Origin: Candidatus Woesearchaeota archaeon
GTDB lineage: Archaea > Nanobdellota > Nanobdellia > Woesearchaeales > UBA12501
DNA: 54,041 nt
Direction: 5' to 3'
Assembly: GCA_046484055.1 (NCBI GenBank)
Contig: JAWOBY010000021.1
Location: forward strand, 1 to 54,041
Numbering within the stretch: position 1 is the stretch's first letter; the number at the start of each line of letters is the position of its first letter. The position numbers were made by a program, and so were the translations under genes. Shown in pieces: positions 9,950 through 18,844 of the stretch. The notes below the pieces were generated by a model. It worked only from the letters and a program-made list of their open reading frames with translations. It searched no databases and had not been told where the DNA came from.

Positions 9950-10396
9950 ATGGATAAATATGAAAAAGATGATGAGGAATACGGGAAGGACCTGGTGATC
10001 AATCCCTGCGGCCTGTGCAGGGAATACCACGAGCTTATGAGCCATTACCTTATTTCCATAGTGGGGGGCGATTTCAATGCTCTCACAGGGATGGGGGTGC
10101 TGGTGGAGGAGCTCATGCCTGAAGCGGTGCTCGAGGAAAAGATCATGGGAGGGCTTTCAGAAATCTGCTCCTCATGCGAATATGAACCAAACATCTACAC
10201 CCGGGCTTTCAAGGATGACAGCAGGGAAGTTTATTCTCTCCTGAAGGATGCTATAGACAACAAAGAAGAAGAGGGGACATTCTCCCAGGCAATAAGGAAA
10301 AAGATTGAAGAGAAGGAAGGCAAAAGGCTTGAGGAACTGAAAGATTATCTTGAAGGCCCGCGCATAGGGTTGGTGATAAGCATCAAAGGCTCCTGA
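9950..10396 (+). CDS. Hypothetical protein, possible Zn-binding (CxxC...CxxC)
   Basis: SD CAGGTGA; PCGLC and ICSSC motifs. Confidence 0.7.
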   Translation: MDKYEKDDEEYGKDLVINPCGLCREYHELMSHYLISIVGGDFNALTGMGVLVEELMPEAVLEEKIMGGLSEICSSCEYEPNIYTRAFKDDSREVYSLLKDAIDNKEEEGTFSQAIRKKIEEKEGKRLEELKDYLEGPRIGLVISIKGS

Positions 10397-10581
10397 AACT
10401 TCCCCGAACAAAAAATATAAAAAGCATCGCCGGATATGATACTGGGTGGTGCATGATCAGGATATCGCTGCATATCATTGAAGTTCATGGTCAGCAGTTG
10501 CAGTTCTGTCACATTATGCACACTCAGAAAAACATAAGATGAATGATATCCTTATGTCAGGAAACAAGAGAGGTGATGAAC

Positions 10582-11130
10582 ATGGCAAAAACTGAAGAGA
10601 ATCTCAAAGAGGCATTCGCAGGCGAGAGCCAGGCGAGGAACAAGTACGACTATTTTGCTAAGGTCGCAAGAAAACAGGGCTACCATTACATAGCGAGGAT
10701 ATTCGAGGAGACAGCCCTGAATGAGGTACAGCACGCCAAGGATGAGTTCAAGCTCCTGAAAGGCATAGGGGACACCAAAGCCAATCTCAAGGCGGCTATG
10801 GAAGGCGAGCATTATGAGAATTCCGATATGTATCCGAGGATGCAGAAGGAGGCAGAAGAGGAGGGCAATGATGAGGCCGCAAAACTGTTCAGAGAGATTG
10901 CAGAGGTGGAGAAACAGCACGAGGCACGATACAAAAAGCTCCTTGATCTTGTGGAGAAAGGGACTGTCTTCAAGAGGGAAAAACCAATAAGATGGAAGTG
11001 CAGCAAGTGCGGCTACATCCATGAGGGGACAGAGCCTCCAGAGGAATGCCCTTCATGCGCGCATCCGAAGGAGTATTACGAGCCTGAATGCATGTGCCTC
11101 AGGGAAGGATGCGATTGCTGCGGGCTTTAA
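10582..11130 (+). CDS. rbr: Rubrerythrin
   Basis: NLKEAFAGESQARNKY, ETALNEVQHA, EVEKQHE, rubredoxin-like CSKCG...CPSCAHPK; start at 10582 after SD GAGGTGA. Confidence 0.95.
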   Translation: MAKTEENLKEAFAGESQARNKYDYFAKVARKQGYHYIARIFEETALNEVQHAKDEFKLLKGIGDTKANLKAAMEGEHYENSDMYPRMQKEAEEEGNDEAAKLFREIAEVEKQHEARYKKLLDLVEKGTVFKREKPIRWKCSKCGYIHEGTEPPEECPSCAHPKEYYEPECMCLREGCDCCGL

Positions 11131-11166
11131 GCGCAGTATAAGCGGAACACAAAAAAAACAGAGGGG

Positions 11167-11778
11167 ATGATTATGGCTGACAGATATTCACTGCCGGAAC
11201 TGCCTTACGGCTACAAGGATCTTGAGCCGCACATGTCAGAGGAGCAGATCAGGATACACCATGACAAGCATCACAAGGCTTATGTGGACGGAGCGAACGC
11301 AATACTCGACAAGCTTGATAATGCAAGGAAAGAAGGTGAAGAGCTTGACATGAAAGCAGCGCTTAAGTCGCTGTCATGGAACGTCGGAGGGCATGTTCTC
11401 CACTCATTATTCTGGCCGAACCTCTCGCCAAATGGCGGAGGCGAGCCTGAAGGAAAGCTAAAAGAAGCCATTGACAGGGATTTCGGGAGCTTTGAGCAGT
11501 TCAGGAAGGAGTTCTCCTCAGCCGCCAAATCAGTTGAGGGTTCGGGGTGGACAGCGCTCACCTTCTGCCGCACAACAGGAAAACTGCTCATAATGCAGAT
11601 AGAGAAGCACAACACGAACATCTACCCAGGATTTCCTGTCCTCCTCGTGCTGGACATGTTCGAGCACGCATATTATATTGACCAGAAGAACGAGAAAGGG
11701 AAGTATATAGACGCTTTCTGGAATATCGTCAGTTGGGATGAGGCGGGGAGGAGATTCAGCAAAGCTGTTGGTGAATGA
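11167..11778 (+). CDS. sod: Fe/Mn superoxide dismutase
   Basis: [34 protein letters not shown]. Confidence 0.96.
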   Translation: MIMADRYSLPELPYGYKDLEPHMSEEQIRIHHDKHHKAYVDGANAILDKLDNARKEGEELDMKAALKSLSWNVGGHVLHSLFWPNLSPNGGGEPEGKLKEAIDRDFGSFEQFRKEFSSAAKSVEGSGWTALTFCRTTGKLLIMQIEKHNTNIYPGFPVLLVLDMFEHAYYIDQKNEKGKYIDAFWNIVSWDEAGRRFSKAVGE

Positions 11779-11949
11779 ATCTCCGGACAGCAGGAATCAG
11801 CGCATCTTCAGGGGCTATGAGGGGCTTGATCAGGCCCCATGATTCTGTTTATGGCGGTTCATCCATGCCCGGAGCGCAAAGCTTAAATATCTCTTCTGCC
11901 AATATGTAAGATATACACTATACCAAAGTATAACAGACCTGTGTGATAT

Positions 11950-12399
11950 ATGGAGCGGGGGTGCAGTGTGGAAGCGTACAATCAGAGCGGCAGCCTGGTA
12001 TGGGTGGTCTCGCACGACGAAGTGAGGGCCCTGTTCTTCTCGCCATTGGAGACAGAGCTGCTGCTGCCAGGAGGAACTCCTGCAGGAAAAAAGGCAAGGC
12101 TGGCCTTTGACAGGGATGGAGAATGGATGAGGAAGGATGTACTTCCTTCGCAGTATACAGCATGGGACGATGTTGAATCTTTCGGCATAACAATAGGGAG
12201 AAAGGCCTACAACCAGCTCTTTTACACAGGAGCCATAGGCAGGCAGGATGCCTCAGCAGACCTGCTTGTTCAGGAGCCCGCACTATTAGGGGGTGGAGCC
12301 TATATAAGATGCGATTACCCCGATCCGGAGGAAGACACGAACAGCGATTTTTTCCCGAGGCTCGGCTGTCATAGCAAAGGAATGCAGGGAGACATATAA
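11950..12399 (+). CDS. Hypothetical protein
   Basis: 149-aa ORF with genome-like codon usage downstream of a TATA-like TTAAATAT (~11883); no motif recognised. Confidence 0.55.
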   Translation: MERGCSVEAYNQSGSLVWVVSHDEVRALFFSPLETELLLPGGTPAGKKARLAFDRDGEWMRKDVLPSQYTAWDDVESFGITIGRKAYNQLFYTGAIGRQDASADLLVQEPALLGGGAYIRCDYPDPEEDTNSDFFPRLGCHSKGMQGDI

Positions 12400-12409
12400 T
12401 AAAACATAA

Positions 12410-12626
12410 TAAAAATTTGACCATTATTTGACAAGCAAGCCCTAACTGCACCCTCAAGGTTCCAAAACTTGTTTTTGGAACTAAGAAAATACTTCGTATT
12501 TTCTGTTGGTGCAGTATTCACGGGCTTGCATTATTGATGGTCAAATTTTTAGTCTTGAAAATTTCGACCTGAAGGTAGGGGTGTTAGACCCCTTGGAAAA
12601 TTTCTCCTTCCAGTCGAAATTTTCAA
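12410..12626. repeat. Nested palindromic intergenic element, copy A (two adjacent multi-hairpin units)
   Basis: 15-bp IR TAAAAATTTGACCAT (12410-24) / ATGGTCAAATTTTTA (12537-51) encloses GCAAGCCC/GGGCTTGC, ACTGCACC/GGTGCAGT and two hairpins; a second 14-bp IR TTGAAAATTTCGAC/GTCGAAATTTTCAA spans 12555-12626. Confidence 0.85.
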
Positions 12627-12647
12627 TAAGATGGGGGTTTGATAAGA

Positions 12648-12800
12648 ATGATAGACTGGCTCGTGACACTGATGATAATACTTCTGATAGTCTTTGCGGC
12701 TGCGAGCATAATAAAGTTCTTCGCGAGATTCCTGCTCAAGCTGGGGATCTTCGCCTTCCTGGTGTTTGCGGCGCTTTACCTCATGAGGGTTGCAGTTTGA
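12648..12800 (+). CDS. 50-aa two-TM small membrane protein (not in ORF track)
   Basis: MIDWLVTLMIILLIVFAAASIIKFFARFLLKLGIFAFLVFAALYLMRVAV*, SD-like GGGGGT upstream, genome-typical codons. Confidence 0.65.
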   Translation: MIDWLVTLMIILLIVFAAASIIKFFARFLLKLGIFAFLVFAALYLMRVAV

Positions 12801-12888
12801 AGATTTGATAGACACAGGACATCCTTGTAATTATTGTTGAGTAGTTAAAAAACGAAAAAATTATAAACCAGCATTGCATAATCCATTT

Positions 12889-13647
12889 ATGGCGAAGCAA
12901 ATAATATATCTGTTGAGGCATGGGCAGACCTTCTGGAATGCTGAAGACAAAAAGAAACACCAGACACATTCAGATGGATATGGGAATCTTCTTACTGAAG
13001 AGGGAATTAAGCAAGCGCATTACGCCGCCAGATTATTGGAGGATGTTGATTTAGATTATGCATTCCACACTCCACTGAAGAGATCAAAGCAAACATTGGA
13101 TATTATTCTGAAGTATCATCCCGAAACAAAGATTTCTGAAAAGCCAGAACTTAGGGAGATGTCGATGTCATTTCTTGACGGGATGACACAAGAGGATTGG
13201 GAGAGAGAATTTCCAGAGACTAAACCATTATATAATAACAGAAAAAAGGATAAGTTTGGCTGTAAAGTCCCGGAGGGAATCGATTATTCAAGCTGTATTG
13301 AAAGAGCTAAACAGATCGCTGAGGAGAACGGCGAATATGGAAAGGTCATCCCCCCATGGGAAAATTATGCTGATGTAGTAAAAAGAATTGGAGAAAGTTT
13401 CATCCCTGAATTAGATATGATGGGGGATTGTTCAATAGTCATTTCCGGACACCAGGGGGTGAACAGAGCGCTATTGGGGAATCTTTTGGCTGGATCCATC
13501 CACCTTCCAGAAATGAGAGGGATTGTAAACTTAGAGACGCCTAACGCAGTAATTTTCAGAGTTGAAAGATCCCAAGATGGAGTCAGATTATACCATAATG
13601 AGGAGGGTGACTGGTCTTATGGATTTATAGGTGAAAAAAATCAATAA
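12889..13647 (+). CDS. Histidine phosphatase (phosphoglycerate mutase-like) family protein
   Basis: YLLRHGQT, LTEEGIKQA, PLKRSKQT, LRE, ISGHQG; ATG at 12889 downstream of TTATAAA. Confidence 0.88.
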   Translation: MAKQIIYLLRHGQTFWNAEDKKKHQTHSDGYGNLLTEEGIKQAHYAARLLEDVDLDYAFHTPLKRSKQTLDIILKYHPETKISEKPELREMSMSFLDGMTQEDWEREFPETKPLYNNRKKDKFGCKVPEGIDYSSCIERAKQIAEENGEYGKVIPPWENYADVVKRIGESFIPELDMMGDCSIVISGHQGVNRALLGNLLAGSIHLPEMRGIVNLETPNAVIFRVERSQDGVRLYHNEEGDWSYGFIGEKNQ

Positions 13648-14356
13648 AAAGAAAATCCTTTTTGAATTTGATTTTGACAAGACCCTTGCAGATGCTTTTG
13701 AGATACAAAAAGAAGCATCAAAGGCCATTTTCGAGCCCTACCCTATTGAAGGGGATATGACTCTTGTGGATTATGAGGGAAGCACCCACTACCACATAAT
13801 AAGGGACTGCCTGAGAAAAATAACAGGAAATGCCCCCTCTGAGGATGAAACACAAAAGGCGAAAGACAGGTGGGTGGATGAGATCAAGAGATTGTCATCC
13901 AAAAAACCTATCAGGGTTTATGAAGGGGTTAATGATGTTCTCTCTATACTCCAGGAAAATGCTTTTTTGGGATTAGTGACAGGGAACCCAAGCGATATAG
14001 GATTCCTCCTTCTTGAAAAGAGCGGCCTACTGCAGTTTTTCCCGGAAAAAACAAGGGTTTATGGGGAAATGTTCGGGGAAGAGAACAGGGTGGGAGGAAT
14101 CAAAAGATGTTTAACAGAATCCTCACAATATTATGGTGTCAATTTTCATGCATTGGTTTATGTAGGGGATAGTGTGAGAGACATTGAAGCTGGAAACAAT
14201 GCTAAAAAGGTTATCCCCATAAAGATTTATAGTGCAGGGGTTGCACATTCTGAAGAAAGAAGTTTGGAGAATCTATCATTCAAGGATGCTGATTTTGCTT
14301 TCAGGGATTTTAAGGATTATGAAAGAGTGACAGATTCCCTGTTGGAATGCATATGA
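13631..14356 (+). CDS. HAD-superfamily phosphatase
   Basis: Motif I FDFDKTL, motif II VTGN, motif IV YVGDSVRD; overlaps upstream gene. Confidence 0.88.
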   Translation: MKKINKKKILFEFDFDKTLADAFEIQKEASKAIFEPYPIEGDMTLVDYEGSTHYHIIRDCLRKITGNAPSEDETQKAKDRWVDEIKRLSSKKPIRVYEGVNDVLSILQENAFLGLVTGNPSDIGFLLLEKSGLLQFFPEKTRVYGEMFGEENRVGGIKRCLTESSQYYGVNFHALVYVGDSVRDIEAGNNAKKVIPIKIYSAGVAHSEERSLENLSFKDADFAFRDFKDYERVTDSLLECI

Positions 14357-14395
14357 ATCTTTCGCGGGACCTATAGAAATCCTGATGGAAAGCCC

Positions 14396-15568
14396 TCAGA
14401 ACCTCCCAAGACACTCCCTTATCCCTTCTACAGTCCTCTTCAATGGATACCTTGTCTCCATTGTCTTCCTGGCCATCCTTCCTATCCCCCTCCTCAGCTC
14501 AGGCCTTTCTATGAGCTTGTCCAGCTTCTTCGCCAGGATCTGCCAGTCCCCCCTCTCAAAATGGTAGCCGTTCTTCCCGTCATTGATGTAGTGCTCCACA
14601 TGACCCACTTTTGTGGCCAGGACCGGAAGACCGCAGGCCATGGCCTCCATCGTTGCCAGTGAGGATGTCTCTGTGAGGGACGGGAGTACGAAGATGTCCA
14701 TCGCCTTCAGCTGGTCCTGTATCCTGTTTGACACAGGTATGTGTATGACATCATCCATGCTGTCGAATATGCTCTCGAGCGGAAGCCCCTTCCCCACTAT
14801 CATCAGCTTGAGGTTGTCATGCTTGCTCTGTAGAGCCCTGAAAGCCCTGTATAATGTGCCGAGGTCCTTCTCCCTCCCCACCCTTCCTGTAAAACCTATT
14901 ATAGTGCTTTCCTTATCAACGCCCGCATGCTCCTTCGCCTTCTTCTTATCTTTGGCAGGCGTGAATCTTGAGGTGTCGATGCCGAGATGGATCACCTTTA
15001 TAGGGGAGGATATGCTGTTCTCCCTGAAAAGCTTTTCAGTGTCAATGGACGGCGCGATGAGAAGGTCCGCCTTGTTGTACATCCATCTGGCAAGTTGCCT
15101 GACTATGTAGCGCGCGAAGAACATGAGCTTTGAGGCGCTCTTGGGCACGAGCTCCCATTCTATGGAGTGTATGAATGAGATTACGGGCTTCTTTTTCTTT
15201 TTGGCATGCTTCATCGCAAGATATCCTATCGGCCCTATGCTCTGGCTGAAGACAAGGTCGTGCTCCTTCACAAGCTCTTTTATCCTCCCGGGCCTGAACT
15301 TCGGCGGTGTGTAATCACCCCAGCTGAAGCCGAACACAGGTATCCTTACGATACTCACACCTTTCATGCTCACCCTGCTTCCCCTGAAATCAGGTGCCAC
15401 TATTGTTATGTCATAATCCTTCTTCAGGCGAGGGATCATCTCTGAGAGGAATCTCGCTATCCCATCCCATCTCGGCAGGAAGCTGTCTGATGCTATAAGC
15501 AGCTTCTTCTTTCCCTTACTCCCCTTTCCTGCCTTGTTCCCTTTTCCTGTTTTGGTGCCTTTTTTCAT
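14396..15568 (-). CDS. Glycosyltransferase family 4 (GT-B)
   Basis: SDSFLPRWDG, GRVGREKD, FVLPSLTETSSLATMEAMACG (Ex7E). Confidence 0.92.
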   Translation of the reverse strand: MKKGTKTGKGNKAGKGSKGKKKLLIASDSFLPRWDGIARFLSEMIPRLKKDYDITIVAPDFRGSRVSMKGVSIVRIPVFGFSWGDYTPPKFRPGRIKELVKEHDLVFSQSIGPIGYLAMKHAKKKKKPVISFIHSIEWELVPKSASKLMFFARYIVRQLARWMYNKADLLIAPSIDTEKLFRENSISSPIKVIHLGIDTSRFTPAKDKKKAKEHAGVDKESTIIGFTGRVGREKDLGTLYRAFRALQSKHDNLKLMIVGKGLPLESIFDSMDDVIHIPVSNRIQDQLKAMDIFVLPSLTETSSLATMEAMACGLPVLATKVGHVEHYINDGKNGYHFERGDWQILAKKLDKLIERPELRRGIGRMARKTMETRYPLKRTVEGIRECLGRF

Positions 15569-15576
15569 GATCCTGT

Positions 15577-16392
15577 TCAGCTGTTTAGCAGATTTTTGAG
15601 GTAAGCCAGCTGTCTCCTGAAATTCTTCTCCCTCTCCTTCAGGTTTGCCAGCTTGAAATGTTTGCCCTTTCTCACCACGAATGTCTCCAGTGTGACAGTG
15701 CCTTCATAACCTGCCTTCCCCATCCAGCGTATGACTCTGTTCCAGTCTATCTTCCCCCTGCCCACAAAAAGATGGTCATCATCCTCGCCCATATTGTCAT
15801 GCATGTGCACATGCTCCAGCCTGCTCTTCCCTTTCAGTATGAAATCCCTTATGTTCCTCTCTCCGGGAAGATTCGCATGGCCTATGTCCAGATGGAGCTT
15901 CAGTCCCGGCACAGCCCTGAGCACTCTGTTGAATTCGCTGAATGTCTCGAAAGGATAACCATTCTCCAGCATCAGCAGCTGGCCGTTCTTTTTCGTGTGC
16001 TTTATTATCTCTTTCAGGGATCTCACATGCTGCTCCCTCACAAACTTATCGCCCAAAGCTGCCTTCACAGTCACGTCAGGATGCACATTGACCTTTTTCA
16101 CGCCCATCCGCTTAAGGATGTCCGATGACCTCATTATGTCTCTTACAGCCGCTTTCCTCACGTTCTCGAATTCATGCGCTATGGGCAGCCTCCAGCATGT
16201 GTGGCCCACAAGATCCATGCTGTATTTTCCCGCAAGCTTTTTCACGCGCTCAGGCCTTATTTTTTCAGGAGAAGGCACAGGGTATTCCACTGTAAAGTCA
16301 ATGAATGAAAGGCCAAGCCTGCGCGCGAATGCGAATTCCTTCTCTATGGCCCTGTAAGGGCTGTTCATCATTCCGAGTTTCATCTGTCCCAT
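15577..16392 (-). CDS. Sugar-phosphate isomerase/epimerase (AP endonuclease 2 TIM barrel) family
   Basis: LMLEN, HLDIGHA, HVHMHDN...DDHL, G.G.IDW, TLE metal-binding motifs. Confidence 0.88.
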   Translation of the reverse strand: MGQMKLGMMNSPYRAIEKEFAFARRLGLSFIDFTVEYPVPSPEKIRPERVKKLAGKYSMDLVGHTCWRLPIAHEFENVRKAAVRDIMRSSDILKRMGVKKVNVHPDVTVKAALGDKFVREQHVRSLKEIIKHTKKNGQLLMLENGYPFETFSEFNRVLRAVPGLKLHLDIGHANLPGERNIRDFILKGKSRLEHVHMHDNMGEDDDHLFVGRGKIDWNRVIRWMGKAGYEGTVTLETFVVRKGKHFKLANLKEREKNFRRQLAYLKNLLNS

Positions 16393-16437
16393 GATCTTTA
16401 TCTCACATCAATTTAGATTGCTTTAGTTTATCCTGGC

Positions 16438-17175
16438 TCACCTTATCTTATAAAACACCTCGGCATACCAGCAATGGTTCATTATGCCGTTCTTTATGGC
16501 CCTGTAATACACGCTCCAGAGCAGGGAGAGCATGGCCAGCTTCTGGCTCTCGAAGCAGCGGAGCGCTTTTATCTTGGTCCCGAAGGTCTTGCTTATGTCA
16601 ACCACCATCCTCGGCAGGTTCCTTTCCTTGAACTTGAGGGGGTTCCAGACATCAAAAGAGTAGACATCACCATTGTAGCCTATGTTATCGCAGAAGCTGA
16701 GCACAAAATCGTTGAGCGCCTTATGGTCCGGATGGGGGTCATCTCCCGCATGGGTGAAAACCTTTGAAGGCCTGTACTTCCTGAAAGTTTCCGCGAGCCT
16801 TGAGCTTATATCCCTCTCTTTTATCTGCTCCTCGAATCTGCCTTCTTTTATGCCGTAGAAGAATGTCTTTTGAGCGCCGAGTATCTCGGATGCTTTCCTG
16901 CTCTCGCCCACCCTCATCTTCGCTGTCACCTTCTTTTTCAGCCAGGGGTGGCTCTTCTCGCCGTAAGAGAATATGATTATAATGACCTTCTTGCCCTCCT
17001 GGGCATACTTTGCAAGGGTGCCTCCCGCACCGAGGACCTGATCGTCAGAATGGGCGCATAAAGCAAGAACGGTCTCTTTCCGTCCTTTCCGTCTTCTGAC
17101 GGCTTCATTCATCCCTTCCGGGGCGCTATCTGCTGTTCCTTCCCCTTCTCCAGCCCCTTTCTTCCTCCCTGCCAT
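16438..17175 (-). CDS. PIG-L/LmbE family N-deacetylase
   Basis: AHSDD..LGAGGT, THAGDDPHPDH, KIKALRCFESQ. Confidence 0.9.
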   Translation of the reverse strand: MAGRKKGAGEGEGTADSAPEGMNEAVRRRKGRKETVLALCAHSDDQVLGAGGTLAKYAQEGKKVIIIIFSYGEKSHPWLKKKVTAKMRVGESRKASEILGAQKTFFYGIKEGRFEEQIKERDISSRLAETFRKYRPSKVFTHAGDDPHPDHKALNDFVLSFCDNIGYNGDVYSFDVWNPLKFKERNLPRMVVDISKTFGTKIKALRCFESQKLAMLSLLWSVYYRAIKNGIMNHCWYAEVFYKIR

Positions 17176-17263
17176 AATGAAGCGGTGATAACCCTCTCTC
17201 TTTTTTTATATTTTTCTGAAAGCCGGCTGTGCAGCATTAGAATCCTGCAGGAGTCCGGAATAA

Positions 17264-17583
17264 TTAAAATGTGACCATTATTTTGTCAAAACCTACGGTT
17301 TTTTCCCCTTTGTGTTCAACTGAAATCATTTAAACAGTTGAACACAAAGTATAAGCAAGCCCTATCCCCTACCTGAAGGCAGGGGTGTTACGGGCTTGCA
17401 TTATACTTGCAGATCATGATTTGCAAGTCTTAAAATCCCAGACGCTTGACTAAGCGAAGCTTAGGCAAGTCTTATAATCTCGACTTCAGTCGGGATTATA
17501 TTTAAGCTAGTGAGTCGGGATTTTATATAGATGGTCACATTTTAAGCCTTACTTGCAAATTTTTTTGCAAGTCTGAAAATCCC
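17264..17583. repeat. Nested palindromic intergenic element, copy B
   Basis: 15-bp IR TTAAAATGTGACCAT (17264-78) / ATGGTCACATTTTAA (17531-45) encloses GCAAGCCC/GGGCTTGC (17355-99) and at least 6 hairpins; a further hairpin lies at 17551-72. Confidence 0.85.
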
Positions 17584-17715
17584 TGACTTGAAAGAAGAGG
17601 TATTGCGCTATTTGTAATAAAACCTGGTGTCAAAAGAGAAACAGAAAAAGAAAGAGATATTGAGTGTCAAAAGAAAAGGATGAATGAGATGCCAATGAGC
17701 TGAAGCGATCCGGAA

Positions 17716-18177
17716 TCATCTGGTTTTGGCCGCGCCCGCCTTCTTACTGCCCACCTTCTTACTGCCCGCCTTCTTACTGCCCGCCTTCTTACTGCCCGCC
17801 TTCTTTTTTGCTCCGCTATTTTTCTGCCACTTGAACTTATAGTCTATCCTGTTCTTCCTGAGATATTCCATGAACTCATCATAGGTGTGGAAAGAGAGCT
17901 TTTCAGCATCACCCTCACCATTCCGCACGCATTCATCAGGAGAATAATCCCTGCAGATTACAGGCCTGCTCTCATGGTGGATGCACATGCCCTTCTGCCT
18001 CCACTCGCAGGGTGTGGAGAACTCTATGTACCAGTCATTCTCGTCATCGACGAATACCTTCACATCCTTGTGCAGGAGGAACCACAGTATCTCATGATAA
18101 TCCCTCTTGGAAGTAGGCCTGTCGATCTCAACAGCCACATGATTGCAGCACCCTCCGCAGTTCTTGCACTCTGCCAT
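17716..18177 (-). CDS. YkgJ/CxxCxxCC cysteine-cluster protein with Lys-rich repeat tail
   Basis: CKNCGGCC ... CEW...C.IHESRP.ICRDY; C-terminal (KKAGS)x5. Confidence 0.88.
   Translation of the reverse strand: MAECKNCGGCCNHVAVEIDRPTSKRDYHEILWFLLHKDVKVFVDDENDWYIEFSTPCEWRQKGMCIHHESRPVICRDYSPDECVRNGEGDAEKLSFHTYDEFMEYLRKNRIDYKFKWQKNSGAKKKAGSKKAGSKKAGSKKVGSKKAGAAKTR
17734..17805. repeat. 15-bp in-frame tandem repeat (4.8 copies) encoding KKAGS
   Basis: GCCCGCCTTCTTACT units. Confidence 0.9.
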
Positions 18178-18273
18178 GATAAACCATCCCAGAGAGGTCG
18201 TTTATATTGTTTTCTGTCTGTAAAAAATACAGCTTAAGGATACACAGCATGATAAGGATAAGAAAATGACAAG

Positions 18274-18561
18274 CTATTTATCTTCCTGCGCTTCATCCCC
18301 TTCTGAAGCCTCCTGCTTCTGCTGCGGCATGAACTCAAGAGCTTTCTGGAGCATTGGAATCACCGCTTCGGCCTCCTCCCTGAGCATCCTTCCCAGCTTG
18401 GCGAACTTCCACTCCCCTGTAGTATTGTCCAGTATCTGCCTGCTTATCTGTATCTTGGGCTCGCCGTCATTGTAGGAAAAGACCCCTACTGTTATCTTCG
18501 CTGTCTCAAAGCTTGCTGTCTCTGAAAAAAGCTCCTTGTCAAGACTCTTATCGAATGCCAT
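18274..18561 (-). CDS. Small conserved-type protein, possible PC4/p15-like ssDNA-binding fold
   Basis: Beta-rich TVGVFSYNDGEPKIQISR...WKFAKLGRM followed by a helix; SD GGAGGT; fold call is by pattern only. Confidence 0.65.
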   Translation of the reverse strand: MAFDKSLDKELFSETASFETAKITVGVFSYNDGEPKIQISRQILDNTTGEWKFAKLGRMLREEAEAVIPMLQKALEFMPQQKQEASEGDEAQEDK

Positions 18562-18627
18562 ATTATCATTACCTCCCTGTTGTTCATCTCAAATCGTTGT
18601 GTGTCCCAAAGCGTACTCCATGCCTAG

Positions 18628-18844
18628 ATAATCCCGACTCAGCAAGCTTCGTCCGGGATTACTGTCAAACTTAGTTTGACAGGCCTGAAAATGCTTGCAT
18701 TTTCAGTATCACGCATCTCAAAGCAATTTTTCCGACTAAATGTTTTATTATTTCCAATGCGTAGAAAATTCCGACTAAAGTCGAAATTTTCATGCATCCA
18801 AAATGGCGAAATTCCGACGCTGTCTGGAATTTAGCCATTTTGTA
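18628..18844. repeat. Palindromic multi-hairpin element, copy C, abutting the tRNA 3' end
   Basis: Hairpins TAATCCCG/CGGGATTA, CTGTCAAAC/GTTTGACAG, CTGAAAATGC/GCATTTTCAG, GAAAATTCCGAC-TAAA-GTCGAAATTTTC, CAAAATGGC/GCCATTTTG. Confidence 0.8.

Noticed and set aside
12431-12530. CAAGCCC/UAAC resemblance to a twister ribozyme
   Set aside because: AAGCCC is fully paired with GGGCTT in a simple stem; I could not build the twister pseudoknots or find hammerhead cores
12506-12815. 100-aa (+) and 88-aa (-) ORFs from the track
   Set aside because: They run through the palindromic element; the 50-aa membrane ORF at 12648-12800 has a better SD and composition
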